A stretch of DNA of 64,000 bases. Source: the human T2T-CHM13v2.0 reference genome, Homo sapiens. Both the position numbers and the translations under genes were made by a program. The stretch lies in NCBI RefSeq assembly GCF_009914755.1, contig NC_060929.1; one strand, given 5' to 3'. The notes under the pieces are model-generated. The model saw only the letters and a program-made list of their open reading frames with translations. It did no database searches and had not been told where the DNA came from. This document shows, in pieces, positions 46,641 to 59,146 of the stretch (positions within the stretch are counted from its first letter, which is position 1; the number at the start of each line of letters is the position of its first letter).

Positions 46641-49425
46641 TCCCTTACCCTTTCCACAAAATAAAGGTCTAACTCCCGTTTTTCTTTCCCTCTGCCTTCT
46701 GGACCAGACATTTGTTTTGTTTTTCTAATATAAAATTATCCCAGTGTGTCTTTATGGAGTTTTCAGTAGTGAAAGAGATGAATGTCAATGAGTTCTAGAT
46801 CTGCCTAAAGTATCCATTGTTCAAACAAATGTCATCCACTTTGCCTCCCTCAATCAATAATTTTACCTAAGACGTGTTTTCCCATTAGAGCAACATCTAA
46901 CCCACACCTGGACTCTTATATGTTCTTCCCATTAATGTGAGTCACACTTCTGGTCTCACCCCACTTCTCATTTTCCCGGCACTAACAAAAGAGGAGTGAC
47001 TCATCTGAGTGTTGAGTTTGGGGAAAGGAAGTAGGTATGGCTGTCTTAGCCCAGTGGGCTTTTCTCTTCTGGGATTTGCCTAACTGCAAAGGCTTGCATT
47101 CTGGCCTGATCTCCTCTCTGTGAAGGTCTATTAGGGTAAGCTCTGCCACTGCAAGGAAGTCCTATAGTTTTCGGCTCTTTTGGTGGTTTAGGGAGTGATT
47201 AAGTGGGGAGCTGGGGGGTTGGAGGGATGAAGGGATAAGCTTAATTCTGGAAAGCAGTATTGGCAAGCTACATATTTAAGGTCACATATTCTCTGACCCA
47301 GATTTTACCAGTAAAAATCCTAGTAGTAAAGATGCTACTTTGAATTTCATTTGCCTTCTTTATCAAATGTTTTATAGATTATACAAACAAATGTCTTCTC
47401 AATAACACTGAAGGGCTCTTTTCGTTGCATGCATTATTTTAAACTCCTTTCAAGAATTTCAACTTGTTAGTGCTTCAAAAGAAGGGTGGTTTCAGGCAAG
47501 AAACTCAACCACCAACCCACCAGGAGACTGTATTTATTGGTACTAAAGATTTACACATACATGGTACACTAGCACTTGGCTTTCCCAGCCTGCTTAATTT
47601 TTACTTTCTACTTTCTACAAGAATGTTGTTAATGACAAGCTCCTGCTGAGACACTAAAGAGGTTTTGGCAACAATGTTGTAGAAGAGTGTGCCATGAGCT
47701 CAGGGACTCTGAATTAACCAGGCACTAATGAGCATCCCTCACCAAAGGGAGGAGGCTGAAAGACTCATTTTCAATCTGGGTATTAGAGAGAAAGTATAAA
47801 AATAGAAATTATACCATGTAAAATGAGGATTTAAAACTTAAAACACCAGGCCAATAAATTAAAAGGACGTGAAGTATCACAAGAAAATTATTTCAAGGAA
47901 ACACTAAATTTGGATGTCACAGCCTAGATCACTGTGAAAATTAACTAAAATAAAATTAAAATCTAATTGGAAAATTAGTTTAATAACATTGAACTTTGTT
48001 GTATAAAAGGCTAATAATATATGTAAATATAAAGACCTATCATTTATTTACAAAACTTTCAATTAATATAACTTTTTTTACACAGATAATGAACCTAAGC
48101 AAACAGGCCTTACTAAGTTTCCCCCAGTTTATTGCCATTAGATCATACTTCCTGTGTCCAATAATACTTCTGTATAACTGTCCATAAAAAATACAGTTTT
48201 ATTCTGTGTTATTGAGTCTTCATTTTGGAAGGCTCTTGTGTCATATAAAACTTATATTAAATATACACATTCTTCTCATCAGCACAGGGAACATTCTCCA
48301 GGATAGACCATATGTTAGAAGCCAAAACAGGTCTCAACAAACTTTTAAAAATGAAAATCATAACAAAGGAATAAAACTAGATATCAATAACAAAAGAAAC
48401 TTTTGGAAACTGTACAAATATACATAGAAATTAAACAACATCGTCCTGAATGACCACTGGGTCAAGAAAGAAATTAAAGAGAAAATTTAAAAAAATTCCT
48501 AAAACAAATGAAAATTTAAACACAATAAAACCTAAAAGATACAACAAAAGCAGTGTTAAGATGGAAGTTTATAGCAATAAGTGCTTACATGAAAAAAGCA
48601 GAAATATTTCAAATAAGCAACTCAATGATGCACCTCCAGGAACTGGAAAAACAAGAACACACATAACCCAAAATTAGCTGAAGGAAAGAAATCATAAAGA
48701 CCAGAGGAGAACAAAATGAAAAAGAGACTTTAAAAATACAAATGATAAATGAAGAAGTTATTTTTTGAAAATATAAACATAATAAACCAAGAAAGAGAAA
48801 AGATCCAAATGAACAAAATCAGAAACGAAAAAGAAGACATTACAACTGAGACCACAGAAAGATAAAAAAGATCATCAGAGATTATTATGAATAGCTATAC
48901 AGCAACAAATTGGAAGACCTGGAAGAAACGGATAAATTCCTGGACACATATAACCTACCAAGATTAATTCAGGAAGAAACAGAAAACCTGAACAGACCAA
49001 TAACAAGTAACGAGATGAAAGGAGCAATGCGAAATCTCCCAACAAAGAAAAGTACAAGACCAGAGGGTTTCACTGCCAAATTCTGCCAAACTTTCAGAGA
49101 ACACCAGTTCTCCTCAAACTATTCTAAAAGAGTAAAAAGAAGGGAATGTTTCTTAACTCATTCTATGAGGCCAGCATTACCCTGATACCAAAACCAGAGA
49201 GGAACACAACAAAAAAAGAAAACTACAGACCAATATCCCTAATGAACATAAATGCAAAAATTGTCAATAAAATGCTAGCAAACCAAATCCAACAGCACAT
49301 CAAAAAAAATAATACACCTTCATCAAGTGGGATTTATCCCAGGGATGCAAGGATGGTTTAGCATACATAAATCAATAAACCTGATACATCACATCAGCAG
49401 AATGAAGAAGAAAAACATATGATTA

Positions 49426-49682
<257 letters not shown>

Positions 49683-49950
49683 CCATATGGTCGTTCTATT
49701 TTTAGTTTTTTGAGAAATCTCCATATTGTTTTACATAGTGGTTTGTACTACTTTACATTCCCACCAACAGTGTATGTGTTCCCTTTTCTCCAGATCCTCA
49801 CAGCATTTGTTATTTTTTTGTCTTTTTAATAATAGCCATTCTAACAGGGGTAAGATGATAGCTCATGGCATGTTTTGCATTTCTCTGATAATTAGTGATG
49901 CTGAACATTTTTCATATGTTGATCATTTGTATGTCTTCTTTTGAGAAATG

Positions 49951-50052
49951 ACTCCCTAAAGCTTTGACCTGCTGGGCTCAAGTGATCCTCCCAACTCAGC
50001 CTTCCAAGTAGCTGGGACTACAGGCTCATGCCACTATGCCTGGATAATTTTT

Positions 50053-50090
<38 letters not shown>

Positions 50091-50206
50091 GAGAGAAGGT
50101 CTTGCTATGTTGCCCAGGATAGTCTTGAATTCCTGGTCTCAAGCGATCCTCCCGCCTCACCCTCCCTAGGTGCTTGGATTATAGTTATGATCCATCATGC
50201 CTGGCC
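49951..50206 (-). mobile_element. AluJ lacking its 3' tip, with (ATT)n in the linker
   Basis: gacctgctgggctcaagtgatcc...(att)n...gcctggcc. Confidence 0.88.
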
Positions 50207-51287
50207 AGAACTACCATATGAATCAGCAATCCCACTACTAGATATCTACCCAAAGGAAAAGAAATCAGTATATCAATGGGATAGCTGCATTTACAAGTTT
50301 ATTGCAGCACTATTTATAATAGCAAAGATATGGATTCAACCTAAGTGTCCATCAAAAAATGAATGGATAAACAAAACATAGTATGTATGCAAAATGGAAT
50401 ACTATTGAGCCATAAAAATAATAAAATCACGTCATTGGCTGCAACATGGATGGAACTGGTCATTATTTTACGTGAAATAAGTTAGGCACAGGAAGACAAA
50501 TACCATATGCTGTCACTCATATGTGGAGGCTATAAAACTTGATCTATTGGAGGTAAAGAATAAACCGATAGAAACCAGAGGCTTGGAATAGCGTGCGGGT
50601 CAGAGGCTACTGAAGAAAGTTTAGTTACTGGCTACAAACATACAGTTAGAAGAAATAAGTTCTTGCGTTCAGCAACAGAGTAGGGTGATTATAGTTAGCA
50701 ATAATATTGTATATTTCAAAGGAGTAAGAAGACTGGAAATGTTCCCAACACATAGAAATGATATAAATGAAATGATAAATACTCAAGGTGATGGACACCC
50801 CAAATTCCCTGACTTGATCATTACACATTCTATGCATTAACAAATACTCACATGTACCCCATAAATATGTAAAATATCATGTATCAATTAAAATGGTAAG
50901 AATAGTAAAAAGAAATCTTAAATACCTTTTTATGCTGTTCTCTTGTTAATCTGTCCTTTGTTATGTGGTGTCAGCCAAGAACCTTGTAATCGGTGAAGAA
51001 AAGATAGTACTTTTTCTTCCCTCAGTTCAATAATTATGATGAAGACTGTATGGTATACAAGGCCTAAAATATTTTTTATCTTGTCTTGTATATAAAAAAA
51101 ATTTGCCAGCCCCTGTTCATGAATATTGGAAGAGTGTACATATGTTCCAAATAGCTAATACTAAATAAGGACATTTTCCATCTACTCTGAAACCATATGT
51201 AAGTATAAGTAGGTGTCAGCTTTTCATAACAGTCTTTTTATCACTCAATTTGTCAATCTCTACTAGTCACACTGTTTTAGAAAAGCA

Positions 51288-51588
51288 TGCTAGGCATGGT
51301 GGCTCATGCCTGTAATCACGGGACTTTGGGAGGTCGAGTAGGGAGGATTGTTCTAGGCCAGGAGTTCAAGACCAGCCTGGGCAACATAGCAAGATCCCAT
51401 CTCTACAAAAAATTTTCTAAAAATAGCCATGTGAGATGGTGCACACCTGAAGTCCTAGCTACTTTGGAGGCTGACGTGCAAGGATTGCTTGAGCCCAAGA
51501 GTTTGAGGTTGCAGTGAGCCATGATTGCACCACTACATTCCAGCCTGGGTGAGAGTGCAAGACCCTGTCTCAAAAAAAAGAATAAAAA
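51288..51588 (+). mobile_element. AluJ element
   Basis: Full dimer with aggattgcttgagcccaagagtttgagg and an A-rich tail. Confidence 0.93.
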
Positions 51589-52178
51589 GTACTTTATGGT
51601 ACTTATTATTAGTAGCTGAACTTAACTACTTTTTATAAGATTTGTACTTTCCACCTTGCCCTCAGCAATCAATCCTCCAGAATATAAGCTTTATAAAGGC
51701 AACTTTTAAATGGTATAAGTATTTTTTTTCCAACTTTTATTTTAATTTTCTGCCTTGATGATATGTCTCATGCTGTCAGTGGGGTGTTGAACTCCCCCAC
51801 TATTTTTGTGTGGCTGTCTAAACCTTTTCATAGGTCTAGATATGAAACATAGGTCTAGATATGACCTATAGCTTGTTTTAGAACCTGGGTGCTTGTTTTG
51901 TGTTTTGTGAACCTGGGTGCTCCAATGTTGAGTGTGTATATAGTTAGAATAGTTAAGTGTGCTTGTTCAATTGAACTCTTTGTCATTATGTAATGCCCTT
52001 CTTTCTTTTTTGCCGTTGTTGATTTAAAGTCTATCTTATCTGATATAAAAATAGTGATCCCTTCTCTCATTTGTTTTCTGTGTGCAAGCTATATCTTTCT
52101 CCAACACTTTACTTTGAGCCTATGGGTGTCATTACATGTGAGATGGGTCTCTTGGAGACAGCAGAGGATAAGGTCTTG

Positions 52179-52179
<1 letters not shown>

Positions 52180-52226
<47 letters not shown>
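52180..52226 (+). repeat. (TG)n microsatellite, about 23 units, inside L1
   Basis: Perfect dinucleotide run. Confidence 0.96.
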
Positions 52227-52229
<3 letters not shown>

Positions 52230-53918
52230 AATTCAACTTGTTACTCTGTGCATTTTAAGTGGGGGCATTTAGGCCATTTACATTCAAGGTTAATATTGAC
52301 ATGTGAGGTTTTGATCCTATCATGAAATTGTTTGCTGGTTGCTTTGTAGTTTCTATTGTGTGGTTGCATTTTCTGTGGGCTATGTATTTATGTGTGTTTT
52401 TCTGGGAACAGGTATCTTTATTTTGTTTCCATATTTAGAACTCCTGTAAGAATCTCTTGTAAGGCTGCTCTGGTGGTAATAAATTCCCTTAGTGCTTGCT
52501 TGTCTGGGAAAGATTTTATTTCTCCTTTGTTTGTGAAGCTTAGTTTGGTGGGATATGAAATTGTTGGTTGGAATTTCTTTTCTTTAAGAATGCTGAAAAT
52601 AGGACCGCAATCTCTACTGACTCACAAGGTTTCTGCTGAGAAGTCTGCTGTTGGCCTGATGGGCTTCCCTTTGTACATGATCTGGCCATTTTTTCTAGCT
52701 GCATTTAAGATCTTTTTTTCTTTAGCCTTGATCTTGGATAGTCTGGTGACCATATTACTTAGTGATGTTCATTTTGAATAGTATTTTGCAGGTGATCTTG
52801 AATTATTCCCTCAAGTACATTTTCCAGGTTGTTTACTTTTTCTCCATCTCTCTCAGGATGCCAATAATTAATGGACTTGGTCACTTTACATAGTACCATA
52901 TTTCTTAATGATTTTGTTTATTTTCTAAAATTATTTTTTCTTTATTTTTGTCTGAGTGAGTTCAAAATACCAGTCTTCAAGCTTTGAGATTTTTTTCTCC
53001 TAATTGGTCTAGTCTATTGATAAAGCTTTCAGTTTTACTTTGAAATTCCTTAAATGAGATTTTCAATTCCAGAGGCTCTGATTTATTCATTTTAAAGATA
53101 TTTTGTTCTTTCTTAATTTCCTGGATTGCTTTAGAAGTTTCTTTGTGTTGATTTTCAATCTTGTCTTGGATCTCATTGAGTGTCCTTGCAATCCATGCTT
53201 TCAATTCGTTCTTCTGTCCTTTCTGAGTTTCATTTTGGCCACAGACCATTGCTGGAGAGCTAGTGCAATCCTTTGGTGGTGTCACTATATTTAGATTTTT
53301 CATTGTGCCAAAATTCTTGTGCTGTTTCCTTCTCATCTGGAGATGTTGGCATTTCTAATTTTTGTAGTTATTTTCACGCAGGTAGTATGTTTGCTTTTTC
53401 TTTCCTAGAATGTTTTTTTTTCTTTCCCTTTCCCTTTTCCCCTGTTTCTGGGGGGTGTGACTGTAGGGTCTTTTGGCTTTGCTTCTATAGACATATGCAC
53501 TTCTTTTGGCAGGTTTTATATTGGGCTGTGGAATTCAACATACAAGCCCATAGATGGCACTTACAGGCAAAAACTGTCTGTGGTCAATGTGGCTGGGTAT
53601 ATAGTTGATCCTTGTTTACTAGCAGAGGCTCTCTGTTACCTCAGGCAATGGGTTGATTCGTGAGATGTACAGTGGTCTGAGCTCCCTACTCAGCCCTGGG
53701 GGGTGGCAGGGGCCACAAAAGGTGGAGCCAGACCAGGCAGGTCCACCTACAGGTTCCCCGATGTCAGGCACAGGCATCAGTGCCAAGGGAAAATCCAATG
53801 AAGCAGCCCCCAAGCGCCCAGAAGTGTCACTCGGCTTGGAGCTGGGAAACCACCTCGGGTCCAAGTTCTCTACACAGGTATGGGGATGGCCTAAACTTGT
53901 AATCTAGGAGAGTGGGTG

Positions 53919-54270
53919 CTCCAGATGCCTGGAGCTCTGCCTGGGCGTGAAGTAGAAAGGCTTCCCTGCACCAGAATCTGCACAGGAAGGGTGGTAAGTC
54001 AGGCTGGTTGATCCAGATGAGTGGTGCTCTGAAAGCCTGAAGGTCTGCCTGCACATGGAGCAGAGAGGACCCCCTGCAGCAAGATCTCTGCACAGGAGGG
54101 GTGGGGCAACTCATGCTGCTGGACCAAGCAAGCAAATACTCTGAAAGCCTGGAGATCTGCCTGGGTGTATAGTAGAGAGGGTCCCCTTGCACCAGAATCT
54201 CTGTACAGAAAGAGTAGACAGTTCAGCCTGCTGATCCAGGTGATCTGGTGCTCTGAATGTATGAAGGCAA
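53919..54270. repeat. ~110-bp tandem monomers in the L1 5'UTR (three full units plus a partial)
   Basis: Anchor ctc(t/c)gaaagcctg-like at 53919, 54027, 54139 and 54251 (spacing 108, 112, 112). Confidence 0.85.
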
Positions 54271-55194
54271 TTTGGCACGGCATGTTTACCATTTTATTTG
54301 CAGTCTAAAACACTGCCTGGTACATACTTGATGCTCACTAAATATTAGTTGAATGGAGAATTTACTCATAAAATCAAGTAACAAAACATTTTCAGAAATT
54401 AACTCAGAAGAATATTACTTCTTATTTCAAAAAAAATCATCCTCACAAAGTCTCTTGTTTTTATTTTAGAATTCATTTAAAAACAATAGACTTTCAAGAA
54501 ATAATGGCTGTTCTAGCAAGGACCACTTAAAACATCAAGTGCGCTATTTACTCAATTTTTCTGTATCTAATTTTTCTCATTTGCAAAATGGTCCTAATAA
54601 TCCCGGGTCATAAATGAAATAATATGTTAAATCATTTGAGTTGCTTGGGAAAAGATGCTGCAGAAATTCATCATAATAGTATTACTTGTAATATAATGCC
54701 CAATCATTTTACATACTAATGCTAGAAGCACATTAACTACTAAGGAAGATGTATGTTTCTACAGTCATATTAGACATTTTGTAAGTTTCAGGAACAGATA
54801 GAATATAAAATATTTCAGTCACTGCCAAGCCAGATTAGATTTGATTCAATGCAGGTGAAACATCACAGCAAAATTCAAACTGCCAATCTCCCAAGCTATA
54901 TGCAAAGATTCTCAAGGAGTCCTAAATATATAGAACTTGAGAATATTTACTTGGTCTACCTCTCACCTTCAAATACATGACAGCTGCTAGGCAACACCTT
55001 CTCAGGCACAAAGATGTCCAAAAATGAGAACCTCATCTCCCAGGAGACACTTTAAATGTATGCTTACGTGGAAGGGGAGGGTTACTGAGAAGCACAGGCA
55101 GAGACCATTGCATAGAGAGCACAGGAGTAATCAGAGGATAAAAAATGCATCAGACATCTTTTCCAGGCATTCAGTATAAAAAAAATGAAGAGAA

Positions 55195-55340
55195 CCTAAC
55201 ATAAGTTAAGTACCTACTATGTTCCAGGCAATGCACTGAGTACTTTATGTTTATTTACCCTTTAAAGCTCAAAATGAATTAATAAGGTCAATATTAGTAC
55301 CCCATTTAGAAATGAGAAAATGAGAGTTTAGAGAGATCAA
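55195..55340 (-). mobile_element. MIR fragment
   Basis: gtacctactatgttccaggca...cccatttagaaatgagaaaatgagagtt. Confidence 0.65.
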
Positions 55341-55379
55341 TGAATAAAACAGAATTGTCATATAAAATGAACAGGCCTG

Positions 55380-56070
55380 CAATCATTCAACAAATACTTT
55401 TTTAAAGCATGTTCTATGCTGTCAGTACCAGTCTAATGTGTCATGAACGAGGCCAGGCACTGGGGATAAAATGGTGAACTATCCCTCCCCTCCTAAAACT
55501 CACAGTGGCTGAAGTAGACATTAAATACCAATTACGTCAATTAACATTTCACTTAAAATTGTGACAAAAAGAAGTACAGTGGGACCTCACCCAGCCAGGA
55601 TGATCAGGGATGACTTCCTAGGAAGTAACATTTATGCTAAAAGGTGACTAACAGATGCCAGGTAAACAGAGACAAGAAATGGTCTAGGCAGAAAAAAATA
55701 AATAAAAACAACATTTCAAAGGCTCTGTAGCAGGAAAGAACTTGGCATATGGGACAATTGAAAAGGCACTGGTATTAGAGCAGCTGCCCCTTTCTTCAAG
55801 TGACTTCTGCAGGGAGATTGCTATTATAAATTACAAATCTATGATGCACAACCTAAACCAGAGAATGCATGACCCTGTGTTGGAGCATACTATGCTGGGG
55901 GTGAGTAGGATGAGATGAGCTGGACAAGTTGGCCACATCTAGAGCATGCAGGGGATTGTTGGTGTTGCAAGGATTAGGGCTCTTACTCTAAAAGCATTGG
56001 GTAGCCACTATCAGTTTTTAGCAAGGGAGTAACATAATCAGTTCTGTATGTGAATAAGATTATGCTTGCT
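55380..56070 (-). mobile_element. L2 fragment
   Basis: tcattcaacaaatac...gccaggcactggggata...tcagggatgacttcctaggaag. Confidence 0.75.
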
Positions 56071-56219
56071 GACCACTGTGAATGTCCTGATAATAATTCA
56101 TAATAGTTCATAATAATTCTTAAGTAAATTGTCTTTTTATAAACCTACAATATGTTACGAGGACAAGCCACATACTCAAATTCTTTTGCCTTCTATAGCA
56201 GCAGATACCTTGTTTGATA

Positions 56220-56395
56220 TCCCTGCTACAGAGAAAGTTGCCTGGGAACCAGCAGCAGCGGGAGCAGCATCACCTGGGAGTTTGTTAGAGAAACACATAA
56301 TCCATAATCTCAGGCCCCACCCATGACCTACTGAATCAGAATCTACAGTTTTAACCAGATCCCCAGGTAATATGTTTGCACTTAAAGACAAGAAG
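56220..56395 (+). mobile_element. MER5A hAT element
   Basis: cagcatcacctgggagtttgttaga...atctcaggcccca...acctactgaatcagaatct...atccccaggt. Confidence 0.85.
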
Positions 56396-56786
56396 CCTTA
56401 TTTTACATAATCCATATCCCACTACCTCCCCTAGAAGCACCACCCCCACCTCACCCTCATGAAGTCTCAAAAGAATCTAAATGGTAACTCTTTCTGGGAC
56501 TAATAATTTTATGGAGCCCACTGATACCTCTAAACTAGTTCATCAGCATTCTTGGATAGGATCTTTGGATAGGATCCCATATGGTGACACACAAATATGG
56601 TTCTTAGTAAAGAAAGTGACAAAAAAAAAATAGAACAAGTCAGAGTCCTGTAGTGCAGACATCATTACTGGCAAAAGCAGCCTATGACATCATTGTTATG
56701 TTGGCTAACAATGGGTTATTTTAGGTCACCTCCTTCAAGGCAGTTATTAAATTGCACTTTGGTCACACTTGCAAAACAAAACACAT

Positions 56787-56905
56787 GGCTGGGTATCTGT
56801 AATCCCAGCACTTTGGGAAGCAAAGGTGGGAGGATTGCTTGAGGCCAGGAGTTTGAGACCAGCCTGGGCAACATAGCAAGACCCCATATCTAATAATAAA
56901 GAACT
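56787..56905 (+). mobile_element. FLAM / Alu left monomer
   Basis: tgtaatcccagcactttggga...ggaggattgcttgaggccaggagtttgagaccagcctgggcaacatagc. Confidence 0.88.
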
Positions 56906-57060
56906 AAAAGAAAAACAATAACAGGAAAATACACACACATACCCACACACCATACACAACAAAACACCAAGCTTCTGCCATAAAATGCCTTATATTACCT
57001 GAAAGACCAAGAAAATATTAACTATATGGTAAGATAATTTTAAGTTGATTCATTCATTTT

Positions 57061-57356
57061 ATTTTATTTTATTTTATTTTTTGAGATGGAGTCTCGCTCC
57101 ATAGCCCAGGCTGGAGTGCAGTGGCGCAATCTCGGTTCACTGCAAGCTCCACCTTCCGGGTTGACATCCTGCCTCAGCCTCCCGAGTAGCTAGGACTACA
57201 GGCGCCTGCCACCACACCTGGCTAATTTTTTATATTTTTAGTAGAGATGGGGTTTCACCGTGTTAGCCAGGATGGTCTCGATCTCCTGACCTCGTGATCC
57301 GCCAGCCTCAGCCTCCCAAAGTGCTGGGATTACAGGCGTGAGCCACCGTGCCCGGC
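57061..57356 (-). mobile_element. AluY-like element
   Basis: Diagnostic gcaagctcc and accgtgttagccaggatggtctcgatc; perfect TSD gattcattcatttt. Confidence 0.96.
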
Positions 57357-57574
57357 GATTCATTCATTTTAAGGCAACAGTTACTTGCTAATGGTAGTAG
57401 CCTTTTAGTCAGAATTTTCTCTAGATATTTTTCTTTGTTATCTTTAGGCACTTTGTCATGAGGTTAAAAAGTACAAAAGGTACTATGAAAATTATCTACT
57501 ACTTAGGTTTCTGATAGTTCCCATGAATTGTGCAATATTGCTATTTGGTAAATGTTCTGTGGCTCTGCTTGGAA

Positions 57575-57820
57575 CATGTGGTGCTGTGTGAATGGAAACA
57601 GAATTTGAAAGCCAGCTGCCTGGGTCAAATCCTTCTTTGTCATTTACTAGTTGTGCAACTTGGATTTCTCTGTGTTTCAGTTTCCTCATCTCTAAAAGGG
57701 AAATGACAATCATACCACACAGAGCTGTTACGAGGTTTCAATAAGTAAACACATTTAAACTACTTAGAAACAATGTCTGGAACATGTTAAATAGTATGCA
57801 TTTACTAGTTTGCTGCTGCT
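57575..57820 (+). mobile_element. MIR SINE
   Basis: gcctgggtcaaatcc...ctgtgtttcagtttcctcatctctaaaaggg...cttagaaacaatgtctgg. Confidence 0.8.
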
Positions 57821-58587
57821 ATTATATTACAAATTAATATTATCAGAAGTCAAGAAGTTTTACTGGCAATTATTCTTGGGGCGATAGGCAAAGGAAAGAA
57901 TGTTAGTCACACTTCATTCAAATGTCACTAGCAGGAAAGGTTACCTGCTAACAATTGGGAAATTGCCAAATATTTGTTCCTTTGATGACACATGTAAGAA
58001 ACCTGTAAGGCCATGTGGCCTCAGCAAGATAATTACCAGAACAATTGCCTTGGGTGTCAAAAGTCAATAATTCAAAATAGTGTCTCACAATTTTAAAATC
58101 TTCTGTGATCATTTGTAGTTGAGAGTTTCTTCCCTGCAGATTTAAGATGACCTAACTTAAAACCAAGAAACATTACCTTCTCCTGCCAACTGAACTGTAC
58201 TCAGTGTTAAAAGCCACCTACCATGTGAAATCAGTTTACTTTTATTAAGTTTTAGCAATGTAATCATTCCTTCAAAATGCTACATATTTTATACAGAGAG
58301 GATTATTTTACATGGCAAAAACATAATTCCACTTCCTAAAAGTTTGCAGCCTATGAAGCATAAATTATAAATCCTTACCATTCACTTATTTAATTTTGTT
58401 ATTTTCTGATGCTCAGTGAAGTTGCATCTGAGATTACAAGAGAGCCATTTCCTACAGGCTCTGTCGATTCTTTTGAAAAACATAAATTCTGAGAAATAAT
58501 TTCCACAGAGTGAAACAAAAAGCTACAGACATCACTTTCACGATGCAATAAATCCCATATGCTTTAATCTTTATAGTACATGGTTAT

Positions 58588-58970
58588 TGTCTTAGTCCAT
58601 TTTCTGCTGCTATAACACAATACCACAGACTGGGTAATTTAACAAGAACACAAGTGTATTTGGCTCACAGTTTTGGAGGCTGGGAAGTCCAAGAGCATGG
58701 CGCCAGCATCTAATGAGGATCATCTCATGGTGAAAGGGTGGAAGGCAGAAGCCAGTGTACAAGATACAGGGAAGTGGGCTAAACTCATCCTTTTTATTAG
58801 GAACCCCCTTGAGCAATTACTAAATCATTCCCATGATAATGGTATTAATTCATTCATGAAGGCAGAGTCCTCATGCCCTATCGACTCTTAAAAGGTTCAA
58901 CCTCTCAACATTGTTACAATGGCAATTAAATTTCAACATGAGGTTTGAAGGAGACATTCAAACCATAGCA
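58588..58970 (-). mobile_element. MST-family MaLR solo LTR
   Basis: tgtcttagtccattt...cattcaaaccatagca; 5-bp TSD gttat / gttgt. Confidence 0.9.
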
Positions 58971-59146
58971 GTTGTTTATCAAGAAAAACTCTGTACCTAA
59001 CAGTATTCAACAATTATTTATTAAACAAAGAGAACCTTGTTTTAAAAAATGTAATAAATACATGTACTTCATATTTCTGCATTTTTATTCCTGAGACAAT
59101 TTAACACAAAATTAAGTTTTATCAATTAGATGAAAAAAAACCACTA

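Larger units (their letters stand above)
51740..54285 (-). mobile_element. L1 5' portion: 5'UTR with tandem monomers, ORF1 remnant and ORF2 endonuclease start
   Basis: ORF 52977..53336 resembles the ORF1p N-terminus (TPPKDCTSSPAM...ELKAWIARTLNEIQ); ORF 51855..52070 resembles the endonuclease (ISDKIDFK...EGHYIM). Confidence 0.9.

Noticed and set aside
48910-49361. Reverse-transcriptase-like peptides
   Set aside because: Frameshifted fragments of a dead L1 ORF2, not a domesticated gene.
52356-52781. 141-aa plus-strand ORF
   Set aside because: Antisense frame of the L1 ORF1 remnant.
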